A stretch of 64,000 nt of DNA, taken from the human T2T-CHM13v2.0 reference genome, Homo sapiens. The stretch lies in NCBI RefSeq assembly GCF_009914755.1, contig NC_060925.1; one strand, 5' to 3'. Position numbers and translations under genes: made by a program. The notes beneath the pieces were generated by a model, which saw only the letters and a list, made by a program, of their open reading frames with translations, did no database searches and had not been told where the DNA came from. Shown one piece after another: positions 51,556 to 64,000 of this stretch; the stretch's first letter is position 1; every line of letters begins with the position of its first letter.

Positions 51556-53963
51556 TATCTCACCCATAATAAACACTCAGTGCTAGCAATTGGCTGCCAC
51601 TGTGGTGCTTATCAGCATGGAACTATGTGTTCCTGAAGAGAATTAGTTATTCCATTTCTATGAATATTTTCAACCCAAGATTGTTGCTCTCAGTTAACGT
51701 ACTGAAAATGAACTTGGTGAAAAAGTAAAAGCTCTTCTACATATCCCATTTGTGGATAGACTTAAGAGAACAGAAAGCTTATTATGGAATAAGCAAATTA
51801 ATACCTTTGGGATCAATAGAGTGTCTACAGTTCAAAACCCTATCAAAAGTGGGTTTACGTAAAAAAAACTAGTGTGTTATCCATGTGTAATATTTTGTAT
51901 AATATACAAAATTCTGGAAAGGAAGACTCACAATGCCAGATCAAGTATTGCAACGTCAGTTATGGCAGGAACAAAGGCTCTTCCCAGAAGCCTGTCTTCA
52001 TTGTGCATTCTTTCACCAGAACAACTTGCTGTACTTAAGGCACAGGACATTTGGATCTAGAGATGTAGCTGTTGTGACTCACCATTTCTATAAACTTGGT
52101 GACTGGTCCCAGGCTGTCATATCTGTACCTGATCCACTACAGGGATGAATTGACATTTTCAGTGGCTACTTTGAGTCCAGATATTAATAGATCAGCCTGA
52201 AAGGGAGGATGAGGCAGTAATAGCACTTTTACAAGCAATAGAAGACAAGCTCAGGGAACAAAAGAGAAGGGAAGCTCCTTGAATTTAAAGGCAAGGGCAG
52301 AGATTTATTCCTCCACTAAATCTAAGGACTAAAAGCTTAGGTGGAGAGAGGGCTCAAATGTGAATTCACTTCTCATGCTCCCTTTGTGACCTCCTTTAAG
52401 GAAGGCCAGATTTGAGGAATGAGATTTTCCCAAGGGGAGGAAGCATTGTCTTCATCACTTCATGTATTTTTCTCAGAAGGCTATTGGCCTCCTGGAATTT
52501 TTACTTAGAATTCCAGATAGTCCAATGATGCTTTCTAGGTACCGTGGCTTTCACTGTGGTGAGAGTTTTGGCTGCAGTGCTTTTCTGTAACCCACTCACA
52601 AAGCCTTTGGGGATGGTGATAGTATAGGGATTGTCCTTCCAACTAGTTGCTCTCCAACTAGAAAGGCGAATCCCTTTTTCTTTGAGTCACAGAGGATGGA
52701 GAGGCTCAGCATTCTCATTCCCTGTTTGGGTTTCCACCCCTGTGGCCATGCAATTTCCATTTATAGCCATGTATTGGCTTACAAGCCTAACACCAATCCT
52801 GACCCAAAGCATGAGGCACTCTCACACATTTCTAGGTTAAGAACACTAAAAAGCAGGATCATCAGGTTATTTTTTGTTATTTGTAGATTTCTGCATAGCC
52901 TGATGCTTCAACTTCCCAAGACCTCATTTCTTCCCAGAGTAGCTGGAGTAGCTGGACCTTTATCATGTTCTGGTATCAAATTCTGCCTTGGTAATGTGTA
53001 CAATGCTTCAAGAATTGCGGACTCCATATTACTCTCCTGTGTCATGTAGTTCTCTCTTTGTGAAAGCCATCCTTCCCTGAAACCCCTCATCCACCTGCCT
53101 ACCTTGCCAACATTCCCTGCTCCTGGGTTGCCCTTCATTGTGTTCTATTTATGGGTAACCATGCTTTGCCAGGAACCATGCCAAGTACTTGGAATACGAA
53201 GGAAGTCATTGATGGAGAGGACACACAAGTAAGTAAAGGGCCCTGATAAAATGCGACGAGAGCTAGGCACGTGGATTTTTATGCAACAAAGGAGATAGGC
53301 AAGGAGCCCACGAACTAGTTTCCAAATGCTGGACCCCCTTGATCAGGACCTTTTCGGAGCAGGCTCAAGTGTCTCCCAACACCTATACCTGGCTGGACCC
53401 CTTGCCATTGTCTCACCACAAGTTGATGCTATAGTTCCAGAGGGCTGCCCCGCCAGGCCACTCTGTCTTTTGCAATTCCAGGGTGGGATGTGCATTGTCT
53501 ACTTGGACCTAGGAACTCCCTTCAGCAGTTCTCCTGTGGACCTGTATCCAAGCCACCCTACAAAGTGAGCATGCACTCTGATTTAGGAAACTTTTCTTGA
53601 GAGATTTATTCTATAGTCTCCCTAACATCCCATTCTGGTGTTTATTCCATTAATTTAGAGCAAACACCCATTCAGTGAAGGGCCCTGAAAGGCATAGAAA
53701 AGGACAAAGTATCAGACTTGATTTCTGCTCTCAGCTATTAAAACTGGAGAGGCAAGGCACATAGAAAGATAGGGATGACATGATATTTAAACAAATGTTC
53801 TACACAGTGTTTCTCAATATAATGTTCTTGTCCTGTTGGGGGGCTTTTCAGTAAGCAGTGTCAGTGAAAGGGCAGTGACAGCAGGAGATGATTTTTGGTT
53901 ATTTTCTGCATAGGCATCCTCAGTATGGAAGGCTGTGCCCACCTACGTTTGAAATGTGCAAGC

Positions 53964-54814
53964 TTGATTCTTCTCTCTTTTCTTCTTTATTAGTCTAGCT
54001 AGCGGTCTATCTATTTTGTTAATCTTTTCAAAAAACCAGCTCCTGGACTCATTGATTTTTTTGAAGGGTTTTTCGTGTCTCTTATCTCCTTCAGTTCTGC
54101 TCTGATCTTATTTACTTCTCGTCCTCTGCTAACTTTTGAATTTATTTGCTCTTGCTTCTCTAGTCCTTTTTATTTTGATGTTAGGGTGTCGATTTGAGAT
54201 CTTTCCCACTTTGTCCTGTGGGCATTTAGTGCTATAAATTTCCTTCTAAACACTGCTTCAGCTGTGTCCCAGGGATTCTACAATGTTGTGACTTTGTTCT
54301 CATTGGTTTCAAAGAACTTATTTATTCCTGCCTTAATTTTGTTATTTACCCAGTAATCATACAGGACCAGGTTGTTCAGTTTCCATGTAGTTGTGCGGTT
54401 TTGAGTGAGTTTCTTAATCCTGAGTTCTAATTTGATTGCACTGTGGTCTGAGAGACAGTTTGTTATGATTTCCGTTCTTTTGCATTTGCTGAGGAGTGTT
54501 TTACTTCCAATTATGTGGTCAATTTTAGAATAAGTGCGATGTGGTGCTGAGAAGAATGTATATTCTGTGGATTTGGGGTGGAGAGTTCTGTAGATGTCTA
54601 TTGCGTCTGCTTGGTCCAGAGCTGAGTTGAAGTCCTGAATATCCTTGTTAATTTTCTGTCTTGTTGATCTGTCTAATATTGACGGTGGGATGTTAAAATC
54701 TCCCACTATTGTTGTGTGGGAGCCTAAGTCTCTTTGTAGGTCTCTAAGAACTTGCTTTATGAATCTGGGTGCTCCTGTATTGGGTGCAGATATATTTAGG
54801 ATAGTTAGCTCTTC
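53964..54814 (-). mobile_element. Internal L1PA ORF2 (endonuclease region) fragment, no 3' end
   Basis: ORF 54278-54706 GDFN...[10 protein letters not shown]; colinear with L1 35596-36442. Confidence 0.92.
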
Positions 54815-55709
54815 ATGGAGGCAACCTCAAGTAGCATTATTGTTCTTTTCATCCTTCCTCTCCTACTCACCTCCCCCACTCCTGACAAAATATGGAAATC
54901 CTGTCCCTGAGTAGTCTTGTTCACAATACACAATCTCACAGCCAAAGGAATGTATTTTTAACCCTGAGACGCCGAAAACGGCTTGAATCATTCATGCTGT
55001 CGTCTATTAGTCTGCCGCTGTGCTGTTATTTTTCCCAGGCTTAATGAGCCCTCATGGCACTGCGCTGCCTCAGAGCACGGCCGCAGCTTCAAGCACAGAC
55101 AAGCCTGCTCTTTAAATATGCAAGTCATCAGCCTTTCTTGGAAAATGCTATGGGGAAGGTGCTCTGGACAAGCAAACAGATGATTTTTGCAGACTGTTCT
55201 GTAGTTAATTTGGGTCATGAAGCCCACTGTGGCTCAAGGAGTTTAGGGGACAGAAAAGGGGCTTTTGAAGGATTAACAACCAGATAGGAAGAAAGAAACA
55301 AATGAAGGGTAATCCTGGTTTTCTTTTGAGACTGACAAGAAAAAGTTGTTTGAAAGGAGGACACTCCACCATTGTTGTTGTTGAAGGAGAGCTGTACTTC
55401 TGATGTCCCCCAGGCTTTGTAGTAGTTAAGGGGTGAGGGATTGCAGGAGCTGCTCAAACCTGGCTGCTAATATGACACTAGGAGCCTGGGTGACACAGGG
55501 GCCATGGTGCCAGCTGCAGGTAGCGTGGGATTGACCCTGTTAGCCCTGGACATCAAGCCTGGAGTGAGAGATGGCCCGAAAACCCCTGGGACCTGATACA
55601 AGCAAGGGCTTTGGGATCAACCAGGCTCTCACTAACAGGCATCACTCAAAAAGAAAAGCATTTATTTAATAGAGAGTTTCAGAAAATGTTCCCCTTATTA
55701 TTTTTCTTT

Positions 55710-56110
55710 GATTTTTGAATTGGAAGGCGCTTAGAGATCCTGTCCTTTAACCCTTGCGTTGTGCAGATGAGAGATGTGAGGTCAGGGAAGTTTAGTGGGC
55801 TCAGGGACGCACACGGAGTTCACAGGGTAGCCCGATGCAGTGGGAGGGTCGATGGGCTTCTGCCTCAGAGTTCTTTTCACCCTAACATTTCCTGTGCATT
55901 TGTTTACGTGTGCCAGGGATCGCTCTAAGTGCTTTGTACACATTAAACTTATCTAATCTTTACCCTAACTGTGAGAGGTGGCTGCCATCATTTTTATTTA
56001 ATTTCACTTTGCATTAAATGATGTTGGCACAGTGATGTTAAGTCTGTTGCCCACAGTCTCCTGCCTGGAAGTGACAGTCAGGATTCAAGCCAGGCAGTGG
56101 GAGCCTCTGG
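55710..56110 (-). mobile_element. Two MIR fragments
   Basis: GCAGATGAGAGATGTGAGG; GTGCCAGG...CTCTAAGTGCTTT...TTGCCCACAGTC. Confidence 0.55.
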
Positions 56111-56787
56111 AGCAGCCCTCCAAACCTCTACCCCATATGGCTCACATAGCCTCTAAAAAGGGTTTTGTGACTGATCTGAGATCCTAACCATTATCTATGA
56201 CTTCATATTCCTGAGCAGGGGGCAGCTGGGGAAGCATTTCAAGATACTCAAGGACAAAGCACCCATCAACATAGATGGGTGCAAACTCAATGCTATCTAG
56301 TTCGCTGCAGCTGTTTGGCTAAAGGAAAACAGAATACCTGCAGAGCTGATGGCTTGGAGACTAGATGTACAAGATTACAAGCCAGATGCAAGTCTAGTTT
56401 CTGGGGTCCATCTGTGAGCAGAGGTGTGGGTGGAGGCCCAGAAGCCAGGCTACCATTTGGGATTGACTCTTAGCTCCTTACATGCACTTAAGCAGCCATT
56501 CATGACCTTTTCTGCAGCTCAACTGATACACTCAAGGCTGGGCATGTCCTTCTGTTCTAGTCATTCTGCTTTTGGTCCACTTCTATATGTTTGTTACCAA
56601 ACTAGACATTGTCTTCAAGACCCACTCTGGCCAAGTCCTGGGGTCATGTTTAGTCCTGGAAGGACCTCCAGGAGATGGAGGTAGTTCTTAGTTGACCAGA
56701 GGGGAGCAGGACCACCTGTGCTTTAAGGTCATCCTGATTTCCTGGTGGTCGTTAATACGAAAGAAGCTACACCAGGCTTGACTTCTC

Positions 56788-57002
56788 TGAGTCAGTGGTG
56801 TTCAGAGCCCTTGACTCACCCTGGACCTGGGCTTGGCAGGAATTTCTCTAACCTTAGGTGGATGTATGGGTGAGTCTGCACAGCAACTTACTGTTCTGGT
56901 GCATTTGTGTTGGCATGCCCATGTACCGGGAGATGCCCTAGGGACTTACTTATGACATACTGACCTAGAGAGGGTTTGCGTATAAAATTTTAACTTGACT
57001 CA
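56788..57002. promoter_or_regulatory. Candidate AP-1 enhancer (three TGA[C/G]TCA sites)
   Basis: Sites at 56788, 56812 and 56996; motif evidence only. Confidence 0.35.
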
Positions 57003-57179
57003 CTGGTTCCTGGCAGGGTCAATAAATATTTGTGGACTCACTGAGTGAATGAGTGAGTGAATGAATGAACCAGTCTGCTAAGAAGTGTGAGCACAGAATA
57101 TGTGTGCTGTTCTGACACATGATGACCCTATCATCCTTTGAGGACCTACCATATAGCTCAGTTTTGACACTGCTTGTGA

Positions 57180-57486
57180 TTTTTTTTTTTTTTTGTCTTT
57201 GAGACAGGGTCTCACTCTATCACCCAGGCTGGAGTGGAGTGGCATAGTCATAACTCACTGCAGCCTTAAACTCTTTGACTCAAGTGGTCCTCCTGCCTCA
57301 GCTTCCTGAGTACTTGGGACCAGAGGCGTGTGCTACCATGCCAGATAATTAAAAAAAATTTTTTTTTTATAGACAAGGTCTCACTGTGTTGCCCAGGGTG
57401 GTCTTGAACTCCTGACCTCAAGCAATCCTCCTGTCTTGGCCTCTGAAAGTGCTGGTTTTACAAGTGTGAGCCACCAACCCCTGGTC
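57180..57486 (-). mobile_element. AluJ SINE
   Basis: GAGACAGGGTCTCAC; CTCAAGCAATCCTCC; near-TSD ending TGTGAT. Confidence 0.88.
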
Positions 57487-57899
57487 CCACCTGTGATATT
57501 TTTCACCAGCTCATGGCCGTGGGGAGCCCGACTATTTGCATACGTGTTTTTTGCTCAGTACTGACACCTGGTGGCAGTGTCCCAAATTGCAAGCACAGTC
57601 TCTAGCATTAACTCAGTGTCAGGACTTTGGTGTGGCGGACCATAAGAATGGGAGCCTCTGGAGTTATGCAGAGAGAAGTAGCCCTACCAGGGAAGATGTA
57701 ATCTTGCAAAATAACCTACCTAATGACAATGAGTCTCTTGTCTTTTCTTAGGGCTGCATAATCAGCACCACCTGATTTAGTGGTAAGAGGAAAGGTGCTA
57801 GTGGGAAATGCCATTATTTAAAAATACCTGGAGACTACTGATCTAGTTTAAGACCAATATTTGTCCCACATTTGATATTAGAACCAATAGAATGATAGA

Positions 57900-58850
57900 A
57901 GTAATAGCTATGGTACTATTAATAGCTCCTATTGAGGACCTGTGAACACACTGCTGGACCCTGTATATTTAGTATTTCTAATCCTCATGATAACCTAACA
58001 CATAGGGATTATTATTTCCATTTTACAAATTAGGAAATGGAGCTTTGGTTTAGTAACATGCCTGAGTTCATGGTAGGGGCTGGATTTGAATCTCAATTTG
58101 CTTGACCTCAAAGGCTATGCTCTTTCACTCTGCTTCAAGGGTACTGTGTTACTCCAGGGGTGCCATTCACATTCTAGTCAGTGTACATGGCATTTCTGGG
58201 GTTGTGTGACTTGTAGCCATCCTCTTTCCATCATTCCCACTGCCTCTCCAGGAGCCAATCATTTATGTCTCTTCTAAGCTCAGTGGGTGACTGAGGCTGT
58301 GAAGACATTTAAAATTGAATAATGTATCCTGTAGTAGATGCATTGACTATTTCTCTAGAGTTGGCATCCTAAAATTCAAAATTTTTGGTCTGGCAGCCTG
58401 TGAAAAAAATCGTATTTTGCCTCTAATTCTCAACCCTGGAGAGCGCCAATTAGTTGTGAAGTTACTTTCAAACTGAAGCCCAATTTATACTCCTAATAAA
58501 AACATCCAATGTAATCATATGTGAAATGGAGGCTAATGGCCCTATACCACCCGAGCATCACCATAGTGATGGTGTTGAGGATAAAAATGATGACAATGAC
58601 AACAGCAGCGATGATAATAGTTAACCATTGTCGAGTACCCATTATTTCCTTGACTCCTTATAGACACTCTGTGAGGGAAGTAATAGTATTGTCCCAATTT
58701 TCAGAGGAGGAAATGAGGTGTAGAGATGCTAGTTATCTTACCCAAGCTCAGTTGACTGTGCTGGTAAGTTGTGAAGTTAACCTAGGTTAGCCTGAGTTCA
58801 CAGGCTATGCTAGATTAACTTCAGCTAGCCTTGCTTTTAACCACCTACAC
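57900..58850 (-). mobile_element. Two MIRs (about 57900-58130 and 58610-58850)
   Basis: CCATTTTACAAATTAGGAAATGGAG; TTTCAGAGGAGGAAATGAGG. Confidence 0.6.
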
Positions 58851-58987
58851 TGACAGCCTTTCAATTGTAAGAGGAGCTTTGGGTTTTTGCTTTGAAAGTA
58901 GAAACAAGTATCTAGTGATAATAATATGCCTAATAATTATCCTGCACAAAATAAATAATCCAGCCACTTATCACCACCTCTAAGGCA

Positions 58988-59073
58988 CCTTCTCATCCTG
59001 TCGTTTTAAGGTTTTGTTCTTTTGGTTCTGTCCCCAGCCAGGTTTTCTTTTCCCTCCACATGCCTGGTGTGGT
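58988..59073 (+). repeat. Dispersed direct copy of 63561-63645
   Basis: 86 vs 85 bp; 4 substitutions and 1 indel. Confidence 0.92.
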
Positions 59074-62000
59074 GTGAGTAAAGCATCTGCCATTTTGATT
59101 ATGGCACACTTGCTACCTCTTCTTAAAACATTCGTTCTCATCCCTAGTATTGTGACATTCTATCATATCTCTGATTTTTAAAAGGACATTGGTGAATTTC
59201 CAGAAAAAAAATTTTCCAACCTCCTTTTAACCTGGCATCTTTTAAAATTAAATATGTCTCTCCAAACATATTGGTGGGGAAGAGTTGGTGTCATGAGTTA
59301 AGTAGGGGTATAATTACAACCCGAAAGTTTGGGGGCAAAATGGAGCAGTTCCCTCATTGGTCAGAGTTCTGTCATTGGCCCAGCCTCCTGTCCTCCACAA
59401 ATCTGAGTCAGGGTGAGACACCAAGAGCCTCCCTTGAGACCGGCACTACTTGGAAACATGACTGGCTATTTCTGCTGCAGGATTCCTGGTCCGGGCTCCA
59501 GCAAAATTATTGTTGTGAACATAGGCCTTGAAGAGGAGGCTGAAGCCGAGAAGCCAATATTCACTCACCTTTTCAACCTTCGACAAGGCTGAAATTTCTC
59601 CCATGATATCACTGGAAGGAAGGGCAGAGGGAGTCAACAATGAAGAAAGTGGGAAGAGGGAGGGAGAATCCAGGCAGGAAAAGGGGGGTGACCGTGCAGC
59701 AATAGCTGTGAGGGCTTCCCAGCAGCGTTAGACACACCCTTTGCTTCAGGGTCGCCATCTCTGTCTGCATCTCCTTCCTCTCCTTTTGACCCAGCGTCCA
59801 CTTCTACTTTGGTTAGTTAAATATTGAAATAAACTCCTTTACAATGTGTGGAAGTCTCAGCTCCTCAGCATTGTATCTTATGGGAATAGTTACTCTTCAG
59901 CCTCCGTGTGTATCCAGGGCGTGGAGGCCATGCTGTGGGGACTGTGTGTTAATGTCCTTGTAGCTCAAGAACAGCTGCTCTTAAATGGTCCGTGCTGCGG
60001 TTTAGTGGACACAACATAGCACAGATAAGTGAAGAAACAAGTCATTTTTAAGTGACGCAAATCACAGTAGAAATATGCAACTTATGGAAGTGAAATCCTT
60101 TTAGTATTAATTTTTCTTAAATAGCAATCCTTTGTAGTTGTAAGATATGTAACGTATATATTGTTACCTAGTTGGATGAAAAACAGCTAAATCAATGATT
60201 GTTAGGTTTCTTAGGTGAATGATCTGTTTAATAAAATTATTGGAAATGCATATTCTTTATTTTGATCAGGTGGACAAATTGTTCCATTTCATAGTTACAC
60301 CCTGACTTCCATTTCTGAAGAGATAACCCAAAGGTTACTGGTGGTGATGGAGGGCATCCCAGTCCTCCCCTCATTTGAGGGGCAGAGCTTAATTCTGGAT
60401 TGTGCTTCCTCCACTGGAGTTGATTTAGAGAGCGGTTTGGTGAAAACCGAAGAAAGGGTTTATCTCAGAGCCTCCTGCTCTTGTTTGAACAGGCTGCAGG
60501 GATTAACTTGTGGTTGGGACTGAGCCAGAGAGATAAATGACATAGCCCTTGTGTGCTCACATTCAGAGGGAGCTCTTGCCAAATGGGACAACGAAGGATT
60601 GTGTTAAAGAGATTTCTGAACATCTTAATACAGCAGGATGATACAGTCTGCTCTCTGGACTTTCTGGGGAGCACTGAGCCAAGCCTCAGAGGACTGTGGC
60701 ATGTCGTGAGTGTTTAATATGCAAGTGACATCTAACAGGGGAAAACAAGACATTTGGAAACACCATTGGGTGGGGTGGGTCCCCCGCATTTTTCAGCACG
60801 GATTTTTTCCAACAATCTCATATATACAAAGGAAGTAAATTCACAAAAGATTGGGTGTTGGGGGCGTGGGGCGTGGTGAGGAAGGAGGAAAGCACTAAAT
60901 TTTATTAGAGTGCTTCTCAAAATTGAGAGACTGAAATTTCCAAAGCAGGAAAGATTACACTGAAAGTTGGGAATGTCTTACAAATGTACATATTGTCCTC
61001 TACGCGTGATATAAAATTGTTCAGCAATAGATATTTCAGGAAACGTAATCAGTGTAAACCCTTTGATGAGGAAAGCCATGCAAACATTTTTAAACAATTG
61101 CATCCTTATGTAATCCTGGTGTTAAGGGGTGGGCTTAAAAAGCCAATTCGGTGAGTAGAGGGACTCGTACCTTATACAGGGTTTGGCGTCTAAAGCTAAC
61201 ACCTAAGGCATAAATTAAGCACATTTACAATTGCCCTTGAAAATTCCTTAAGTTGCCCATAAAGTACACAAGGTTTTGTGTGTTTGGGTCTTTTCAGTAA
61301 TATAAATGTGGACGTGCACAATGGACAACACTTAATAGAACACACATGCAAAATAGAATTTTCCAGAATTTTTATTGCACAAAACATTCACATAGAGTGC
61401 ACCTGGTTGAACGTATGGAAGTTACATGCGCATGTGGTATGACTGCAGTTGTGGATAGACCTTTTTACTGCGTCCTCCTCTCTAGCACCTAAGTGGTTCC
61501 TGTATTCTTCCCAACGTAATTAAACTGCAGGAGGAAACTGGCCATTCCAGGTTTAGACAGCTGCCCCTTTGAAAGAGAGGAAAGTGTGTCCATGCTGGGG
61601 AGAGGCAGCTGCAGGAAACGTCCTGAGCTTGTGAAAGTCTGACCCCAGGAACCACCCTGAGCTGACCTCCCAACATTCTGGTTCCTACTCCTCAGGCTCA
61701 GACCCTGGTTGGTTCACGGCCCTGGGGTCATCTACACCTCTTTGGCCTTGACCTTGGACATTCGGCCCAGCCACCTTCCACTCCACTTTTTTTTCTCATA
61801 GATTCACCGTTTTCATCCTGCCCATATTCTCCCAGCATCCAGCCAATACCTAGTTTTCCCAGCATCTAGCCCCAGTTCCTAGTTCTGCTGCCCCTGCTCT
61901 AGGCTGGTCAGTTATATAGCGTTGCTTCCCTGCAGGTGAGGTGGCATGTGACAGGGTAGGGTAGGTCTGACACCCCTGCACTCTCTCTACCCACACCGTG

Positions 62001-63404
62001 AAAAATAGTGAGACAACAGCATTGCATTCTTCATTTTGAAAGAGGTTTGAATGTTTTTATTTGTGGAAGGTAGATGTCATGAAGAGTTGCATAATTAAAC
62101 TAGTACAGAGGAAAAACTGGCAGAGAAGTGAGTTGCAGGGCTAGGTTTACATACAGGATGACAAACCTGTCTCTAAAGATCCCGGGAACTGTTGTCACAT
62201 GGTGACAGCTTATGATGGTGGCTGAGGACACTGCTCTTTACCTTTGTGTCTCTTGTCTCGTCTCTGAATCTCAATACCTGTAATTAAGAAGGAGCCCATA
62301 GGAGTTTTATCCATCTTATTTTCAGATATTTAAGCAGAATAAATATATTTTCACAATCCTTTGAAACTCTCTTCCTTCTTAAACCTTAATGAGATTCCAA
62401 GGTAGCAACAAAGGCCTTTCTGATATTACCTGTACAATCAAAAACTGAGCTTGAACTTCCTATAATTTCTTCTTTTTGGTCAAAGGAGTCACCCTCCAAC
62501 TGACATATTTATAACATGTCCCTGTGATAACGAGAAACTACTCACTTATCTCTGAGTCTCATGACAGAAAGAGTATCAGAAAAAAAGATACTACAATCCT
62601 TCAAACACACAGCAGTGTGAGACAAAAATTACACTCTAATCTGCAGTTGAACAGGTTCTGTCTTCCATTAAACCTGTATCCCCATTTTATTATATAGTTG
62701 AGCCAGTTATATATGACTCACTGGGAAAGTGCATTTTATGATCTTGTTAGAAGAAATGGTTTCTCTGGGATCCTTTTAAGCCAATAATTTTATACCTAGC
62801 TCCTCCTAAATATCTAGGACATTAACTTATTAGCCATTCCGGTGTCAAGCCTAATGCTTTTTAAATACTTAAAACAAATACCAGGAAACTGTGGGGGTTG
62901 GAGAATAGATTTTCCATAGGCATTTAGTGCTTTCAGAGATCAGGGGGATCGATCTCAGGGGATTTAGTAGGAAAAGACTTGATTCTCTGCTTCCTCTGCA
63001 CACAGAGCTTTCATTTTATGCAACAGGAGGGACAGCATGCATGTGGGATAAAGCCAGGCTGATTATTTCAAAACCAGGCTCACATCTATTTGACTGACAA
63101 GGTCCTGGCCCCCGGCCAGGGTTACAGCACCGGAACATGGTCTCTTCTCTGCGGCTCTGCTGGCTGGGCCTGTGTGGAGGCGGGTGGATGGGGGGATGTC
63201 CAGGCTGCAGCTGACAGGGCACTTGGAGATCTCAGAAGGCAGTGGAGGCTTGGGGACTGAAGGGGACCCGGCTTTGATGGGGTGGGGAAGCACAGCAGCT
63301 TGGTAGGAAATGACCTGAAAGAGGGATTCCTAAACATGCATGTATGTTTGCGTGTGTGCATGAAAGCAGCTGTAGATCACAACTAATCTTTTTTTTTTTT
63401 AATT

Positions 63405-63639
63405 GCAAATCCCACTCAATTCTTCAAGCTTTCTTGGCAGCATCTGATCCAGTTGATGGCTTTGGAAACACTTCATTCTTCATTGGCTTCTATAGACATC
63501 TCCTCCCGGGGGTTCTTGGCTTCCCTGACCACTCCATCTCTGTTCTCTTTACTGGTCCTTCCTTCTCATCCGTCATTTTAAGGTTTTGTTCTTTTGGTTC
63601 TGTCCCCAGCTGGGTTTTCTTTTCCCTCCACATGCCTGA
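63405..63639 (+). mobile_element. L2 internal fragment
   Basis: GCAGCATCTGATCCAGTTGA...TTGGAAACACT...TTGGCTTC...GGTTCTGTCC resembles L2 ORF2. Confidence 0.6.
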
Positions 63640-64000
63640 TGTGGTAGGCAGAATAATGACCCTCCCAAGGATGTCCATGCCCTTATCCCCAGAACCCGGT
63701 GAAGATGGATGTTACAAGGCTAAAGGGATTTTGCAGAAGTGAGGAAGGTTATGGATCCCAAGGTGGGGAGAGCATCCTGGTTTATCCAGATGGGCCCAAT
63801 CTAATCACATGAGCCCGTACAAGTGGAAGACTTTCTCAGGCTGGGCACAGGAGGAGCCATGAGGCAGAGGGAGTGACAGTGAGGTTTGAAGTGTGAGAAG
63901 TGCTGGATGACATGCCACTGCAGGCTTTGGAGGTGAAGGGGGGCCCATGAGGCAGGGCAAGTGGGCAGCCTCTGAAGCTGACAGCACACAAGAAGAGGAG
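63640..64000 (+). mobile_element. MLT1D-like LTR (runs off the window)
   Basis: TGTGGTAGGCAGAATAATG start; GGGATTTTGCAGA; GGGCCCAATCTAATCACATGAG. Confidence 0.85.

Noticed and set aside
56210-56228. CTCF-like TGAGCAGGGGGCAGC (similar near-matches at about 22345, 49437 and 56695)
   Set aside because: Mismatches at core positions; motif alone is insufficient

Overview
Primate, almost certainly human, non-coding genomic DNA (intron or intergenic); a near-pristine AluYa5 points to human. A large part of it is interspersed repeats: about 16 Alus (J, S, Y, Ya5), one 5.6-kb L1PA (probably PA4-PA6) with disrupted ORF1/ORF2, several older L1 fragments, many MaLR/ERV solo LTRs, hAT/Tigger MITEs, and L2/MIR/CR1 relics. 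No credible host protein-coding exon, RNA gene, CpG island or CRISPR array was found. All protein-like ORFs are L1 remnants or Alu/microsatellite read-throughs. I cannot name the locus, and I see no evidence of a new biological system. The best observations concern genome dynamics: an 86-bp local templated duplication that copied an L2/MLT1D junction 4.6 kb upstream, an L1 inserted into an Alu tail microsatellite, a young 5'-truncated AluYa5, a twin-primed inverted L1, an internal-only L1 fragment, nested MITEs, and an AP-1 motif cluster. Repeat subfamily names come from recalled consensus sequences and need RepeatMasker/Dfam confirmation; boundaries of old repeats are approximate.
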